IMG/VR virus record: IMGVR_UViG_3300029915_000022
DNA length: 20,000 nt
Origin: an uncultured virus (IMG/VR IMGVR_UViG_3300029915_000022)
Lineage: Duplodnaviria; Heunggongvirae; Uroviricota; Caudoviricetes
Reading direction: 5' to 3' (one strand)
Each line of letters starts with the position of its first letter. Position 1 is the first letter of the stretch. Shown here piece by piece: positions 6,698 through 15,919 of the stretch. Made by a program: the position numbers and the translations under genes. The notes below the pieces were generated by a model. That model was not told the DNA's origin, did not search any database, and worked only from the letters and a program-made list of their open reading frames with translations.

Positions 6698-8040
6698 CTG
6701 GAAGGAGTTGTGGTTCGGTATGAGAGCATCTTGAAGTAGTCAATCGCGATGAATTTCGTTCCGGCACCAGTTCTGGATCCCACTCGAAAATATGGGGTGT
6801 ATCCAACATCCAGGAAACCTGGAATAGTTGATACCGGATACCCGATTGTCATTGTACTGTCCGGACTAAAAAGGGTTCCTCCAGTATCCCCGCTTGCGTT
6901 CACCAACGCGATTGTGAACGCGTACCCATCGACAAGGTTGGAACGGCCAACGGCTTGCATTCCGATACGGACATGACAACTATTCGTGATTGTAGGCCCG
7001 TTGAACCATGTGCTGTAGGCAGCTCCGGATCCTGCTTTATCGTGTCCAAGGGAGAACTTGGTTGCATTCACCGTCGAATCAAAAACGGCTGCAACGTAGT
7101 TGTTTGGAGTACCGCCACTGGATAAGGATCCATTATCCCAAAGTCCAAATTCAACAACTAGATTCGTCAGTGAGCTTGGGAACTGGAACTGGCATTCGAT
7201 ATAAGGCTCAAACCCTGCCCATCCTTGCCCAGTTGTGGTGAAAGCAAGCGATAAGGCTTCCCAGTCGCTCGCAGCAGAAGCTGCACAAGTGACTAATGCA
7301 GAACTGTCCTGGACAGTTACAGATCCCGCATTCGTTCCATGCGATGTAACCCACGGCCCACTCGTCACTAATCCAGTTCCAGGAAAATCGTCAAAAAAGA
7401 GTCCGCGATTCTGAGCATCCGCAATCCAGAGACTTTCCGGAGTGATCATAACGTGGTCTATCTTTGCCTGCGCTCCGGAAACAGCCGTGCCCTCTTGCGT
7501 AAATCTCCAGTCGAATGTATGGTGTCCTTCACGAAGAATGTCTGACGTCCATTTCCCGCTCAGCGGAATCGTATCACCTCGCGGCTGGAGAGGGGCAACA
7601 ATTGACCCGTCAATGTAGAAAGAGAGTATATCTCCGTTCGTATTACTCGCAAGAAGGTTAAAGAAAAAACTAACCCGACTTGGAGAAGTGATGTAAAAAT
7701 CTAGCCCGAGGGATGCAACTTGCGACGCCGCTTGCCCTGAAGGTCGATCAGCGCTTGCAGACCCTTCAAGCGGTGTCGAAGTAGAACGAATGTACCCGAG
7801 GTCTGATCCGTACCGACGAGATGGAGCAGACCATGCACCTGAAGGACTAGGAGGCGGAAAGGTTGCTGACTCGAATTTTTCAAGCATCGCTCCTGAATTC
7901 AAAAGCGAGTTGAGGTAAGCTGTCCGATCCGCCAACTGCTGAAGTGAAGTCGCGATCGACGCGCCATTTAGAACGTCGGTATCATCTGGCGAAGTGATTG
8001 CCGGAAAAGCTGTGGGGTCGTCGACAATAGGATCGGACAT
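6694..8040 (-). CDS. Tail fibre / receptor-binding protein
   Basis: Follows the wedge genes. The N-terminal P.D.D...GAS....LQQLADRTAYL is typical of myovirus fibre attachment regions, and two beta-sandwich/lectin-like domains follow. Confidence 0.8.
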   Translation of the reverse strand: MSDPIVDDPTAFPAITSPDDTDVLNGASIATSLQQLADRTAYLNSLLNSGAMLEKFESATFPPPSPSGAWSAPSRRYGSDLGYIRSTSTPLEGSASADRPSGQAASQVASLGLDFYITSPSRVSFFFNLLASNTNGDILSFYIDGSIVAPLQPRGDTIPLSGKWTSDILREGHHTFDWRFTQEGTAVSGAQAKIDHVMITPESLWIADAQNRGLFFDDFPGTGLVTSGPWVTSHGTNAGSVTVQDSSALVTCAASAASDWEALSLAFTTTGQGWAGFEPYIECQFQFPSSLTNLVVEFGLWDNGSLSSGGTPNNYVAAVFDSTVNATKFSLGHDKAGSGAAYSTWFNGPTITNSCHVRIGMQAVGRSNLVDGYAFTIALVNASGDTGGTLFSPDSTMTIGYPVSTIPGFLDVGYTPYFRVGSRTGAGTKFIAIDYFKMLSYRTTTPSS

Positions 8041-8048
8041 GATCTTTC

Positions 8049-8978
8049 CTAGGGAGTCCAGTAGGTAGGAGCAGGCGACGTGTTATCGCCCCAAAGTGTT
8101 TTCGTAGTTGCCCAAGTCTTGCTGGTCATCGGACCGGGGTATCCCCAAAGAGATCCTTCGCCACTGGTGGGGATAACGATTCTTACGCAGGTGGAATGCG
8201 CACTCTTCCATTGACGGATAAGCGACGCAACCCGCAGAGCCTCAGACGTTCCATTTGCGGGAGGAGTTCCACCCCATGCGGTGGGGTATGGAGTAAAGAT
8301 TACGACTGCGAACTGACTCCAAAAATCCTGACCCTTACACTGCCATCGGACAGATCCTTCGTCCGTAATGGAGCCGACCGATGTCTTCCAGGTTGGTTGT
8401 GTAGTTCCGGAATTCCCTCCAAGAGAGGTAACGTAGAAGAACCCGTTCCTTGGAGAAGGAACTAGTACGTCTCCAGGATTCCAAACCGCACTGATTGACC
8501 AAGAAACTGGATTCTTGAGCGGAGACATCGGTCCAAAGTAAGACCGTGGGCTTGGAGTAACCACAAGATTCTGGTTTGCGTCAAGGGTGTACCATCCACC
8601 AAGTTGCTGGATGATCCCGACGTTCGTATAACCAGCGTCGTAGAGAGCCCGCAGAACCCCTTGGTGTGTTCCAGCGTAGGGCCAGACAGCCCACGCATTC
8701 AGAAGTCGGACAGCGTACGCAAGATCAGTCTCACCGGGATTTGCGTAGATGCCGCGTTCTTGCCCAATGGCAGTTAAGGCGTCTGGAGGAGCTAGACCTG
8801 GAAGCGGAAGTTTGGACTTGATCGAAAGACGAATACGAAGCGCAAGATAGTCTTTGACGGCTGCGAACGCCATCGAAATCGCATTTCCAACCGGTTGCTG
8901 AGTTTGCGAAGTGGCAATAGACTGATAGTACGTTTGCCATTCCGAAGGAGTTAGCTGTTGAAAAGGGATCCCAGACAT
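8049..8978 (-). CDS. Baseplate wedge protein (P2 gpI / Mu gp48-like) with an inserted Trp-rich module
   Basis: Position directly after baseplate J; motifs L..IGQERGI....GETD..Y..RL, GT..G+..AL and WKSAHS. Confidence 0.75.
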   Translation of the reverse strand: MSGIPFQQLTPSEWQTYYQSIATSQTQQPVGNAISMAFAAVKDYLALRIRLSIKSKLPLPGLAPPDALTAIGQERGIYANPGETDLAYAVRLLNAWAVWPYAGTHQGVLRALYDAGYTNVGIIQQLGGWYTLDANQNLVVTPSPRSYFGPMSPLKNPVSWSISAVWNPGDVLVPSPRNGFFYVTSLGGNSGTTQPTWKTSVGSITDEGSVRWQCKGQDFWSQFAVVIFTPYPTAWGGTPPANGTSEALRVASLIRQWKSAHSTCVRIVIPTSGEGSLWGYPGPMTSKTWATTKTLWGDNTSPAPTYWTP

Positions 8979-8979
8979 C

Positions 8980-10485
8980 TTAGACCGCCGTAAAGATCAA
9001 CGAATTGGTCAACGTTGCAACTTGACCAAATGTCAAAGCGACGTCGGCCGTTCCGCCATTCAGCGTAAGACCTGTAATGGTCTTAATCGAAACTCCTGGA
9101 CCACCACCCGAGGATCCAACTGCCGCTCCGATTTCCTCGTAAGAAACCTTCACCGAACCAATATTGTCAGGTCCGATTTGAATTGGCGTAAGATACGCGG
9201 CAAGAGACGCCGCGACCGCGTTCTGGATAGCCGTTAGAGTAATTTTCGAGGCGTAGTAGAACACGGTGCCTGCAACCGTCATGACGGCGTTAGTTGCTGA
9301 AGCGACCGAGATAGTTGCTGGCATTGCAACTAGGGGAGTAACGTAGGCCGTGACATCAGTGACCGCCTGCGGAGCTACTGCACCCGCTGATCCAGCAAGG
9401 TAGATATCGATCTGGCCCGCAATGGCTGGATCCGGCTGGGCAAGTGCCTTCGTGACCGTTGTTGGGTGAGATGCCGATTTCTCCGCGAGGGTCGCCCACA
9501 GCTGATACGTTGCCGCTGGGGATCCGCTTCCCAGAGCGGGCCACCGCTGCGTGCATCGAAGCATGTAGGCTGCATCAAGTTCTGGGTCGGTGCCCTGGGA
9601 CGTAATCCAGGATCCAGAACCCGGATCCGGATTGGATACGGTTACACCAGGGAGAGTTCCGGCAATGATGGAGGTAATAGACCCGTTGCCGACGTTGAAG
9701 GCAGATCCAGCGGACTGTGCAGCAATCGAAACCTGCAAAGTTCCATTTTTCGGAAGCGTCCCACCAGTGAGGTTTGAATAGAGTAGCCCGCCAGTGGATG
9801 CGAACCACATGGACCCTGGAGCGATCGTGAAGGGTCCGGCGCCCTGAGCGTCCGTGAGGGTTTCAAGACCCATCGTGATCCCAACAAGGTTCCCGACTCC
9901 CAAGCGAGCTAGCCCGTAGAACCCGTTACCGATCAGATCCGCCCAGGATCCTGAAGCGTAGTTCGTGTATCCGCCAGCGGCAAGAGCCGATTGCTGCGTC
10001 GACGAAGCGGCGAGTGCCTGCGCTTCCGTCTCAACCAGTTGACGATAAGAGGAGGCAGGCCCCCATGATGTAATCGGCAGGCTGGGAATCGCCAGGGCGA
10101 ATGTAAACGTATCGCCAATTACGAAGCTTCCAGCGGCTCCCACCGGCCCCGAGATAAACGTAACCGTCGCGCCAGTGGCACCAAGTACGAAGGTTCCGGT
10201 GGTTGCCGGAACAGTCTGGCCCGTCGTAAACGTCGCACCACCATCTAGCGAATACTGGAATAAAGCAGTTCCAAGTTCTCCGCTGGTGGTTATATTGACG
10301 ATAACCAGAGGATAGCTACCCGCCGGTGTTCCGGATAGGGCAATGCTTCCAGATCCCAAAGCGACTCCGCCAGCGGCGGAACCACTCTCTACGACAATTC
10401 CAAGCCCTTGCAAGGAGCTCAGAATCATCTTCCGCCAGTCATCGACTGAAGGAGCCGCAAGTAGTTGCGCAAGAGTAAGCGGCAT
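8980..10485 (-). CDS. Baseplate J family protein (P2 gpJ / Mu gp47-like)
   Basis: ASGSWADL, A...GSAFNV..G.IT, GTDPELDAAY.LRC, G....Y..WA and G.IDIYLAG motifs, in the canonical position. Confidence 0.9.
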   Translation of the reverse strand: MPLTLAQLLAAPSVDDWRKMILSSLQGLGIVVESGSAAGGVALGSGSIALSGTPAGSYPLVIVNITTSGELGTALFQYSLDGGATFTTGQTVPATTGTFVLGATGATVTFISGPVGAAGSFVIGDTFTFALAIPSLPITSWGPASSYRQLVETEAQALAASSTQQSALAAGGYTNYASGSWADLIGNGFYGLARLGVGNLVGITMGLETLTDAQGAGPFTIAPGSMWFASTGGLLYSNLTGGTLPKNGTLQVSIAAQSAGSAFNVGNGSITSIIAGTLPGVTVSNPDPGSGSWITSQGTDPELDAAYMLRCTQRWPALGSGSPAATYQLWATLAEKSASHPTTVTKALAQPDPAIAGQIDIYLAGSAGAVAPQAVTDVTAYVTPLVAMPATISVASATNAVMTVAGTVFYYASKITLTAIQNAVAASLAAYLTPIQIGPDNIGSVKVSYEEIGAAVGSSGGGPGVSIKTITGLTLNGGTADVALTFGQVATLTNSLIFTAV

Positions 10486-10901
10486 TAAGTCACCTTCAGG
10501 ATTTGGAGTGTTACACTCGTTGCAGCAAGAACGAACTGGAACGGCCCGGTGCCAGTAGTACCATTGATCTCAATGGTAACCGTCTGCCCTTGAAGATCAG
10601 GGAAAGGATCCGAGACAACGACACTAACATCCGAGGTCTGGACAGTGTCTTCGCGATCAACTTCCCTCTGAATATCCGACTGCATGGACGATTTGACTTC
10701 GTCTGTTAATGTCTCGTTCAAGTAGTTCAGTACATTCGTGCATTCTTCAGGAGCCCAAGACCAGGCGCCTCTGTCGTTCGAAATTCGACGACATACGCGT
10801 TGACAAAGTCCAACATTCCCGGCCACTAATGTGCCGAGTGGATCAAAATCTGGGAACCCGCCGATGTCTACGCCAAGATCAAGCATTAAGGGGAATCTCA
10901 C
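10485..10901 (-). CDS. Baseplate wedge subunit (T4 gp25 / P2 gpW / Mu gp46-like); start uncertain
   Basis: ~135 aa acidic protein immediately before J, with L.Q...RR+...RG and I..E...E..V patterns. Confidence 0.7.
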   Translation of the reverse strand: MRFPLMLDLGVDIGGFPDFDPLGTLVAGNVGLCQRVCRRISNDRGAWSWAPEECTNVLNYLNETLTDEVKSSMQSDIQREVDREDTVQTSDVSVVVSDPFPDLQGQTVTIEINGTTGTGPFQFVLAATSVTLQILKVT

Positions 10902-10932
10902 TCTTAGTAAGAAGACATGGTAGTGTCGCCGG

Positions 10933-12024
10933 TCAGTACGTCTCTAGTGTATTCCAGCCGTAGTTCAGATACACAGACGTGTTGGACAGTGGCGTAATCG
11001 TTGTGAAGGGGAATGCGGCAAGCCACACGTTGCTCGGCGGCACAGTGGATGGCCCTGCATACTGGGTTCCGTCGATGCTGCACGAGATCGACGGGCTCGC
11101 ATGTCCTGCGGGGATGTAGACTGAAAATGTATGGTAGTTCGTATCGGCCGCCACACCGGTATTGACGCAGTTATAGTTGGTGCCGTTTCCGGCGCAGCAT
11201 TGATAGTTCGCACTGACGGCGGAGTCATAGCTGATACCAGCGAATTTGCACGCCGACGATGTGGATGTAGTGACACCGGGAGTAGCATTCAGAAATGTGC
11301 AAGCCGAGCCCGTTGTAGCGCCAATCGCTACCCACATGCGCGTGAACGCGGTAGTTCCGTTTCCTAGACCAGCGTATTGCGTATAACGAGGGTCAAAAGA
11401 GAAAGAGGTGTTGTCTCTGTTTTGAGGAGCGATGCCTGTATATTGGCCAGCCGAAGAACCAGACTGGACAAACATCGTGTTGACATAGACCGAGAAGGTT
11501 TCGTTGTTTCCGCTAGACCCGATTGTCCCGAGCAGCCCCCAGTTATTAGAGCTTCCGGCGCACGTAAATCCGCTTGAACTGCCCAGATCGCTCTGGGAGA
11601 TGCGGCACATCTCCCACTGCTTCTGCGCAAACAGCGCGGGGATTGTCGCAGGATAGACGACACCTCCGTCGCTGGCGAGCGCCGCCCCTGCGGTATAAGG
11701 CAGCGACGCCGTGTTCGTTCCGCCGTCGGCGATGGGATTCACGACCCCTGACGGAATGCCTCCGTCCGCATAGCCGGGCGCGTTCTGCACGAACGCCCAG
11801 ACCTGCGAGCAGATCGTCTTCTGCTGCTTGGTCGACAGCGGCGGACCGGAAAACCCTGCATCTGGATCTGATGTCCACGCCGTATAGATGTCAGCCGAGA
11901 GCGTGCCAACTCCGCCGTCGCACGTCGCGTTCCCGACCGGCTCGGCCTGCGCGGTGCTGCCGCCGACGACGAGCAGGCCTACGAGCAGCGCGCCGAACAC
12001 GAGAGCCGCGAGAATCCGATTCAT
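10933..12024 (-). CDS. Signal-peptide-bearing fibre/lectin-like protein inserted in the baseplate cluster
   Basis: Signal peptide MNRILAALVFGALLVGLLVVGGSTAQA|EP, a fibre-type PIADGGT motif, and a C-terminal ConA-like pattern (TGVAADTNYHTFSV...CSIDG). ATGA overlap with the spike gene. Confidence 0.7.
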   Translation of the reverse strand: MNRILAALVFGALLVGLLVVGGSTAQAEPVGNATCDGGVGTLSADIYTAWTSDPDAGFSGPPLSTKQQKTICSQVWAFVQNAPGYADGGIPSGVVNPIADGGTNTASLPYTAGAALASDGGVVYPATIPALFAQKQWEMCRISQSDLGSSSGFTCAGSSNNWGLLGTIGSSGNNETFSVYVNTMFVQSGSSAGQYTGIAPQNRDNTSFSFDPRYTQYAGLGNGTTAFTRMWVAIGATTGSACTFLNATPGVTTSTSSACKFAGISYDSAVSANYQCCAGNGTNYNCVNTGVAADTNYHTFSVYIPAGHASPSISCSIDGTQYAGPSTVPPSNVWLAAFPFTTITPLSNTSVYLNYGWNTLETY

Positions 12025-12530
12025 GCTTTCACCTGCGTGTTGCCAGTTGGGGGGCCGATTTGAGCAATGATTGGATACGGGCCTGCAGTGCCGATAACTT
12101 GATCGCCTTCGCGCGCAACTAGCGCACCAGCCGCTCCAAGGCTTACGGAGCTTGATCCACTCCCAACCGTAACAGTTGTCGCATTAACCGTTACAGTATC
12201 TGCGGTTAAAACTAACTCCGAAACGCTTGACTTCTCCCAGACAGTCGCAATGCGATTAGAAGGATCACCATTTGCGAACTCCAACAGAACGCGGGATCCT
12301 GCTTTAATCGTTGCAGTTACTCCTGGAATCCCGTAAAAAATCGGAACGTTGGAAAGAGGTGGGATCCGAGGATCATCTGGTTGAAGCTCAAGTGTTCCAT
12401 CGCCGTTCTGAAACACCACCTTGCACTTGTAAGCCGCAAGATAGTCCACTTGAGTGATAAGAAAAGATCCCATCACCTTACGGATGAACTTCGTAAGCCC
12501 GGACAGTTTTCTGTCGAGATCATTAGGCAT
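12021..12530 (-). CDS. Baseplate central spike (gpV / gp5 OB-fold type)
   Basis: N-terminal OB-fold-like region (LSNVPI...G.RVLLEF.NGDP), a short Thr/Val/Gly beta-helix-like stretch and a terminal VAREGD motif; follows the hub gene. Confidence 0.8.
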   Translation of the reverse strand: MPNDLDRKLSGLTKFIRKVMGSFLITQVDYLAAYKCKVVFQNGDGTLELQPDDPRIPPLSNVPIFYGIPGVTATIKAGSRVLLEFANGDPSNRIATVWEKSSVSELVLTADTVTVNATTVTVGSGSSSVSLGAAGALVAREGDQVIGTAGPYPIIAQIGPPTGNTQVKA

Positions 12531-13225
12531 TAGAAGTTCTCGTAAAGAATAGAGGTCTGGATTCTTCCGCTCGAAATATTGTGCGTAACTACGGAGACCT
12601 TTAGGTTCTGTTGATCTTGAATTCCGGTGCTGAACTGGAGGATTTCTCCAGGCGCGATATCCGGATCGTAAGACCCGATCATGATAGAGGAGTGAGATGG
12701 GTCCGACTTGAGGTAGGCTGTGTTATCAAGATTAACCACAGGCCAAGTCTCGTACCCTACCCAAATCGATCCGTCGGGGACTACTCTCCAAGATGGGGTA
12801 TTCGGGATGGAATCCAGGATGGCAAGGAGTGCGGAACTCCCCGGAGAAGCGAATCTCACCCATCCACCATTCAAGGTGTAGTTCAAAATTGCGGGGTCAC
12901 TACTTGCAGAAAGGCTTTCGCCACTGTCTGTTAAAGCGTCGGCCAAGGGGATGCGCGCAATAACCGGGTTGTATCCCTTGGCTTGTACCAAGGTTCCCAG
13001 CGTTCCCATACCGCCAACTACCCGGACCCGTTGACGACCTCCTAAATCTCGGCCAGACTGAAGACTAAACGCCCCCTGCCAAGTCTGACTTCCGAGAACG
13101 AATTCAGCCGTTCCAGAAGGAGCGTCAAGAGTCGCAACTGAAAGATCAGCGTGCCAAACCCCGATTCGAGGGAAGGTGACGGATCCGTCGTAGACACCGA
13201 CTCCGTTAAGAGTACACTGAGCCAT
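12530..13225 (-). CDS. Putative baseplate hub protein
   Basis: Position between the post-TMP gene and the spike; WRVVPDGSIWVG resembles the W....G.L motif of hub proteins. Confidence 0.6.
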   Translation of the reverse strand: MAQCTLNGVGVYDGSVTFPRIGVWHADLSVATLDAPSGTAEFVLGSQTWQGAFSLQSGRDLGGRQRVRVVGGMGTLGTLVQAKGYNPVIARIPLADALTDSGESLSASSDPAILNYTLNGGWVRFASPGSSALLAILDSIPNTPSWRVVPDGSIWVGYETWPVVNLDNTAYLKSDPSHSSIMIGSYDPDIAPGEILQFSTGIQDQQNLKVSVVTHNISSGRIQTSILYENF

Positions 13226-13843
13226 TTAAGGCTTAGCTTTCGGAGTTGTCGGAGTCTTAGGAAGAGTAGAAGTCGTGACGGTTCCATCTGGATTCTGCAC
13301 GTTGGCTGCACGACTCTTTAGACCACCGGCCCCTGCTGCGTTCTTCATCGTAGCGAGGTATTCAACGCACTCGATATCGATCGTCATTAGATTATTGACG
13401 ATATCAGGGATGCCTACTCTCGTGACAAAGATGTCCGTAATCTTCGCCAACCTCATTGCAGGGTGGTCGACTGATACGGCTTTCGGTGATACCGCGGATG
13501 TCGGAGCCGGAGAGATAAGTGGCAGGAATCTCTGCAACCACTCGAATTGCTTCGGTGTCCAGATATGGATCTTCACCGAGAACTGCGCGTAATCGTACCC
13601 GTAGAAATTGAACAGAGCGCCAGAATCGCCGGGAGTCTGGTCGGCTGAGAACCGCTTAGCCCTCCCGCCTTTTACGATCACGTAACCAGGCGCACGCATC
13701 TTCGCCATCTTGATCGTATTCCAAGGCGAGAGATACGAAGGCCAGGGGGCGCTCTCGTTGTCCGGGAGAGCGGACCACACCGAAGCAGGTACGTTGGCGA
13801 TTCCAGGATCCCAAAACGGGATCCCACTCGAGGAAGGGCTCAT
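13226..13843 (-). CDS. Putative tail tube initiator / distal tail protein
   Basis: First gene after the tape measure gene (ATGA overlap), 205 aa; assignment mainly from gene order. Confidence 0.5.
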   Translation of the reverse strand: MSPSSSGIPFWDPGIANVPASVWSALPDNESAPWPSYLSPWNTIKMAKMRAPGYVIVKGGRAKRFSADQTPGDSGALFNFYGYDYAQFSVKIHIWTPKQFEWLQRFLPLISPAPTSAVSPKAVSVDHPAMRLAKITDIFVTRVGIPDIVNNLMTIDIECVEYLATMKNAAGAGGLKSRAANVQNPDGTVTTSTLPKTPTTPKAKP

Positions 13844-15762
13844 TTTTGATCCCCTCCGGTTTGATCATTCAAGTGGTCAAAGAACTTCTGGACGATAACG
13901 TCGATCGTTTCTTTATGCGCCTTATCAGCCTGTTCTTGCAAAGCCTTGTGGTCGTGCCCGTTCCCATGAATATGTAAATGAGATTCGACCTTAATCTCGT
14001 GCTTTACAACTTTTGGGGAGTCTTTCGATCCTGGCAACGGCGGGAGAGCGGGGTAGTCCCGCAGTAAACCCCCCTGAGGAGTTGGCTTTTCCGGGTCTGG
14101 GGTCGTAACCATGTCCACGACGCCCGCTGCGACGTTAAACGGGTGCGGAACCCACGGAAGTAGATCGTACACCGCTAGAAAGCGTTCGATTCCCGTAATG
14201 GATCGGGTAAGAATCGCATCCAGTCTGTCAAAGAAGGATTCAACCCGCGCAAGTCCACTACCCCCATCGAAACTCTTAAACATATCTCCGAATAGATTGG
14301 CGATATGCTCAAGTTTTCCCTGGACTTTAGAATCCTGAAGAGCTATAACGAGATTATCAAAAGCTCCCAGGAATTCCTTCCAGCCTTCAGATTGGCCGAG
14401 TTTGCCCAACATTGAATCGATGGACGCATTGAAGCGCCCCGCGATTCCGTCAAATGTTGTCTTGGCTCTTTCAAGGGAGGAATTACCGAGAGCTCCGCCC
14501 TCTTGATCCTGAATGGTCTCTTTCAGCGCTTGTGCGCCCATCTGGCCGCTGATGTACTTATGGGAGACGAGCCAGTTCGCCTGCGCAACGGAAGTCTTCT
14601 TCCCTGTGGTTAACTCAATGTCTTTTGCAAGTTTTAACCACAACTTGCTTTCGTCAACGACGCCGGTGAGGGTGCCTTTGAATGCGCGAATATTCAGGAT
14701 TGGCTGGGAGAACATTTGCTCGTAAGCTGTCTCGAGCTTACCCGCTTCCCCTCCCATAACTTTCATGTCGCTGATCGAAAGCGTCAATGCGTTGGATTCT
14801 TCTTTCGAAGCTCCAATGTTCCCGAATTCTTTCCCTTGCTGGAATAGTTCATCCGCAGGGCGACCCATTTGACGGGACATTTCGTCGAAGCGATTCGTAG
14901 CCCAATCCGCCCCTTCGGCTCCAAAGGCATGGCGGAACCCAAGTCGGCCCTGCTCCCGAACACTGATAGCCGGGACCATACGATCCCACGTTGCTCGTAG
15001 AGCATTAAAGAAGGTGCCGACTACACTTTCTGCGATTGAGAGGGATTTGCCAGCGACGTAAGATCCTGCCGCAAAGTCAAGAATGTCGTAGCCGGATCCT
15101 TCATCCTTGACCTTCTTCCCCTGAATAACCGGTCCCTGCTCAAGCTTCTTCTTAAGCTCTAGAGCTTTAATATGCTCTAATGTCATTTTCCGAAGGGCGG
15201 CTTCTTCCTTCGTGGCAGCGTCCGTTTCGGTCTTATGCGCTGCAATCTGATCAAGACCGCGTTTACGGGTCAACTGCCTATCAAGATCAAAAGCTCTTGA
15301 GTGTGCAACGCCCATTGCGCGGAGAGCTTTTTCGTCCGCGGCGGTAGTATCGCCAATTTTGAAGGAATTCTGACGCTTTTCCTCAGCCGCTTGCCACTTC
15401 CAAAAACGCTGCTGACGAATCTCGCGCCTACGCGCAACCGCATCTTCCTTAGCGGTAGCATCGTCGATTCGGAACTTCAACTGCTCGTTTTCGATCTGAC
15501 GCTCAAGCGAAGCTTTCTTATTTAGAGATTTTGCTGCATCGCGCTCATTCTGCTTCAGCATTCTATCTGCGCGAAGTAGATCCGCCTTCTGGCTGGCGGT
15601 TGGCGGAAATACTCCGCCAAACGTCTCCGTATTCACTTTCATACGGAGTTGCTGAGCCTGCAATTTCCTGATCGCAGCCGTAAGCTTGTCGATCGAACTC
15701 TGGGCTTCCGCCGCAGGTCCGCTCATCTGGTTTTCGAGCTTAACTAGGAATTCAAAAGCCAT
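13840..15762 (-). CDS. Tail tape measure protein
   Basis: 640 aa, helical and coiled-coil rich; N-terminal F.VKL.NQMSGPA; follows the chaperone; GAGGAG SD. Confidence 0.88.
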   Translation of the reverse strand: MAFEFLVKLENQMSGPAAEAQSSIDKLTAAIRKLQAQQLRMKVNTETFGGVFPPTASQKADLLRADRMLKQNERDAAKSLNKKASLERQIENEQLKFRIDDATAKEDAVARRREIRQQRFWKWQAAEEKRQNSFKIGDTTAADEKALRAMGVAHSRAFDLDRQLTRKRGLDQIAAHKTETDAATKEEAALRKMTLEHIKALELKKKLEQGPVIQGKKVKDEGSGYDILDFAAGSYVAGKSLSIAESVVGTFFNALRATWDRMVPAISVREQGRLGFRHAFGAEGADWATNRFDEMSRQMGRPADELFQQGKEFGNIGASKEESNALTLSISDMKVMGGEAGKLETAYEQMFSQPILNIRAFKGTLTGVVDESKLWLKLAKDIELTTGKKTSVAQANWLVSHKYISGQMGAQALKETIQDQEGGALGNSSLERAKTTFDGIAGRFNASIDSMLGKLGQSEGWKEFLGAFDNLVIALQDSKVQGKLEHIANLFGDMFKSFDGGSGLARVESFFDRLDAILTRSITGIERFLAVYDLLPWVPHPFNVAAGVVDMVTTPDPEKPTPQGGLLRDYPALPPLPGSKDSPKVVKHEIKVESHLHIHGNGHDHKALQEQADKAHKETIDVIVQKFFDHLNDQTGGDQK

Positions 15763-15769
15763 GAACTCC

Positions 15770-15919
15770 TCATAAGCCGCGAAGGGTTATAGTTACGAGT
15801 GCGTCAGCTAGGAGCGCAGCTCCTAATTTCGCAAGTCGCCGAGGCTTACCGAGCCTGAAAGCAAGGAGAGCCCGACTGGCGAGCATCGGGTCTCCTTTTG
15901 CCGCTTTCAGAGATCGCTG
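15770..15919 (-). CDS. -1 frameshift extension of the tail assembly chaperone (gpGT-like C-terminal part, 49 aa)
   Basis: The -1 frame after G-GAT-TTC reads QRSLKAAKGDPMLASRALLAFRLGKPRRLAKLGAALLADALVTITLRGL* and stops on the tape measure SD. Confidence 0.7.
   Translation of the reverse strand, partial: QRSLKAAKGDPMLASRALLAFRLGKPRRLAKLGAALLADALVTITLRGL

Noticed and set aside
10933..11300. Asn-rich C-terminus of the lectin-like protein as a possible DGR variable region
   Set aside because: I found no template repeat, adenine-specific near-duplicate or reverse transcriptase in the window.
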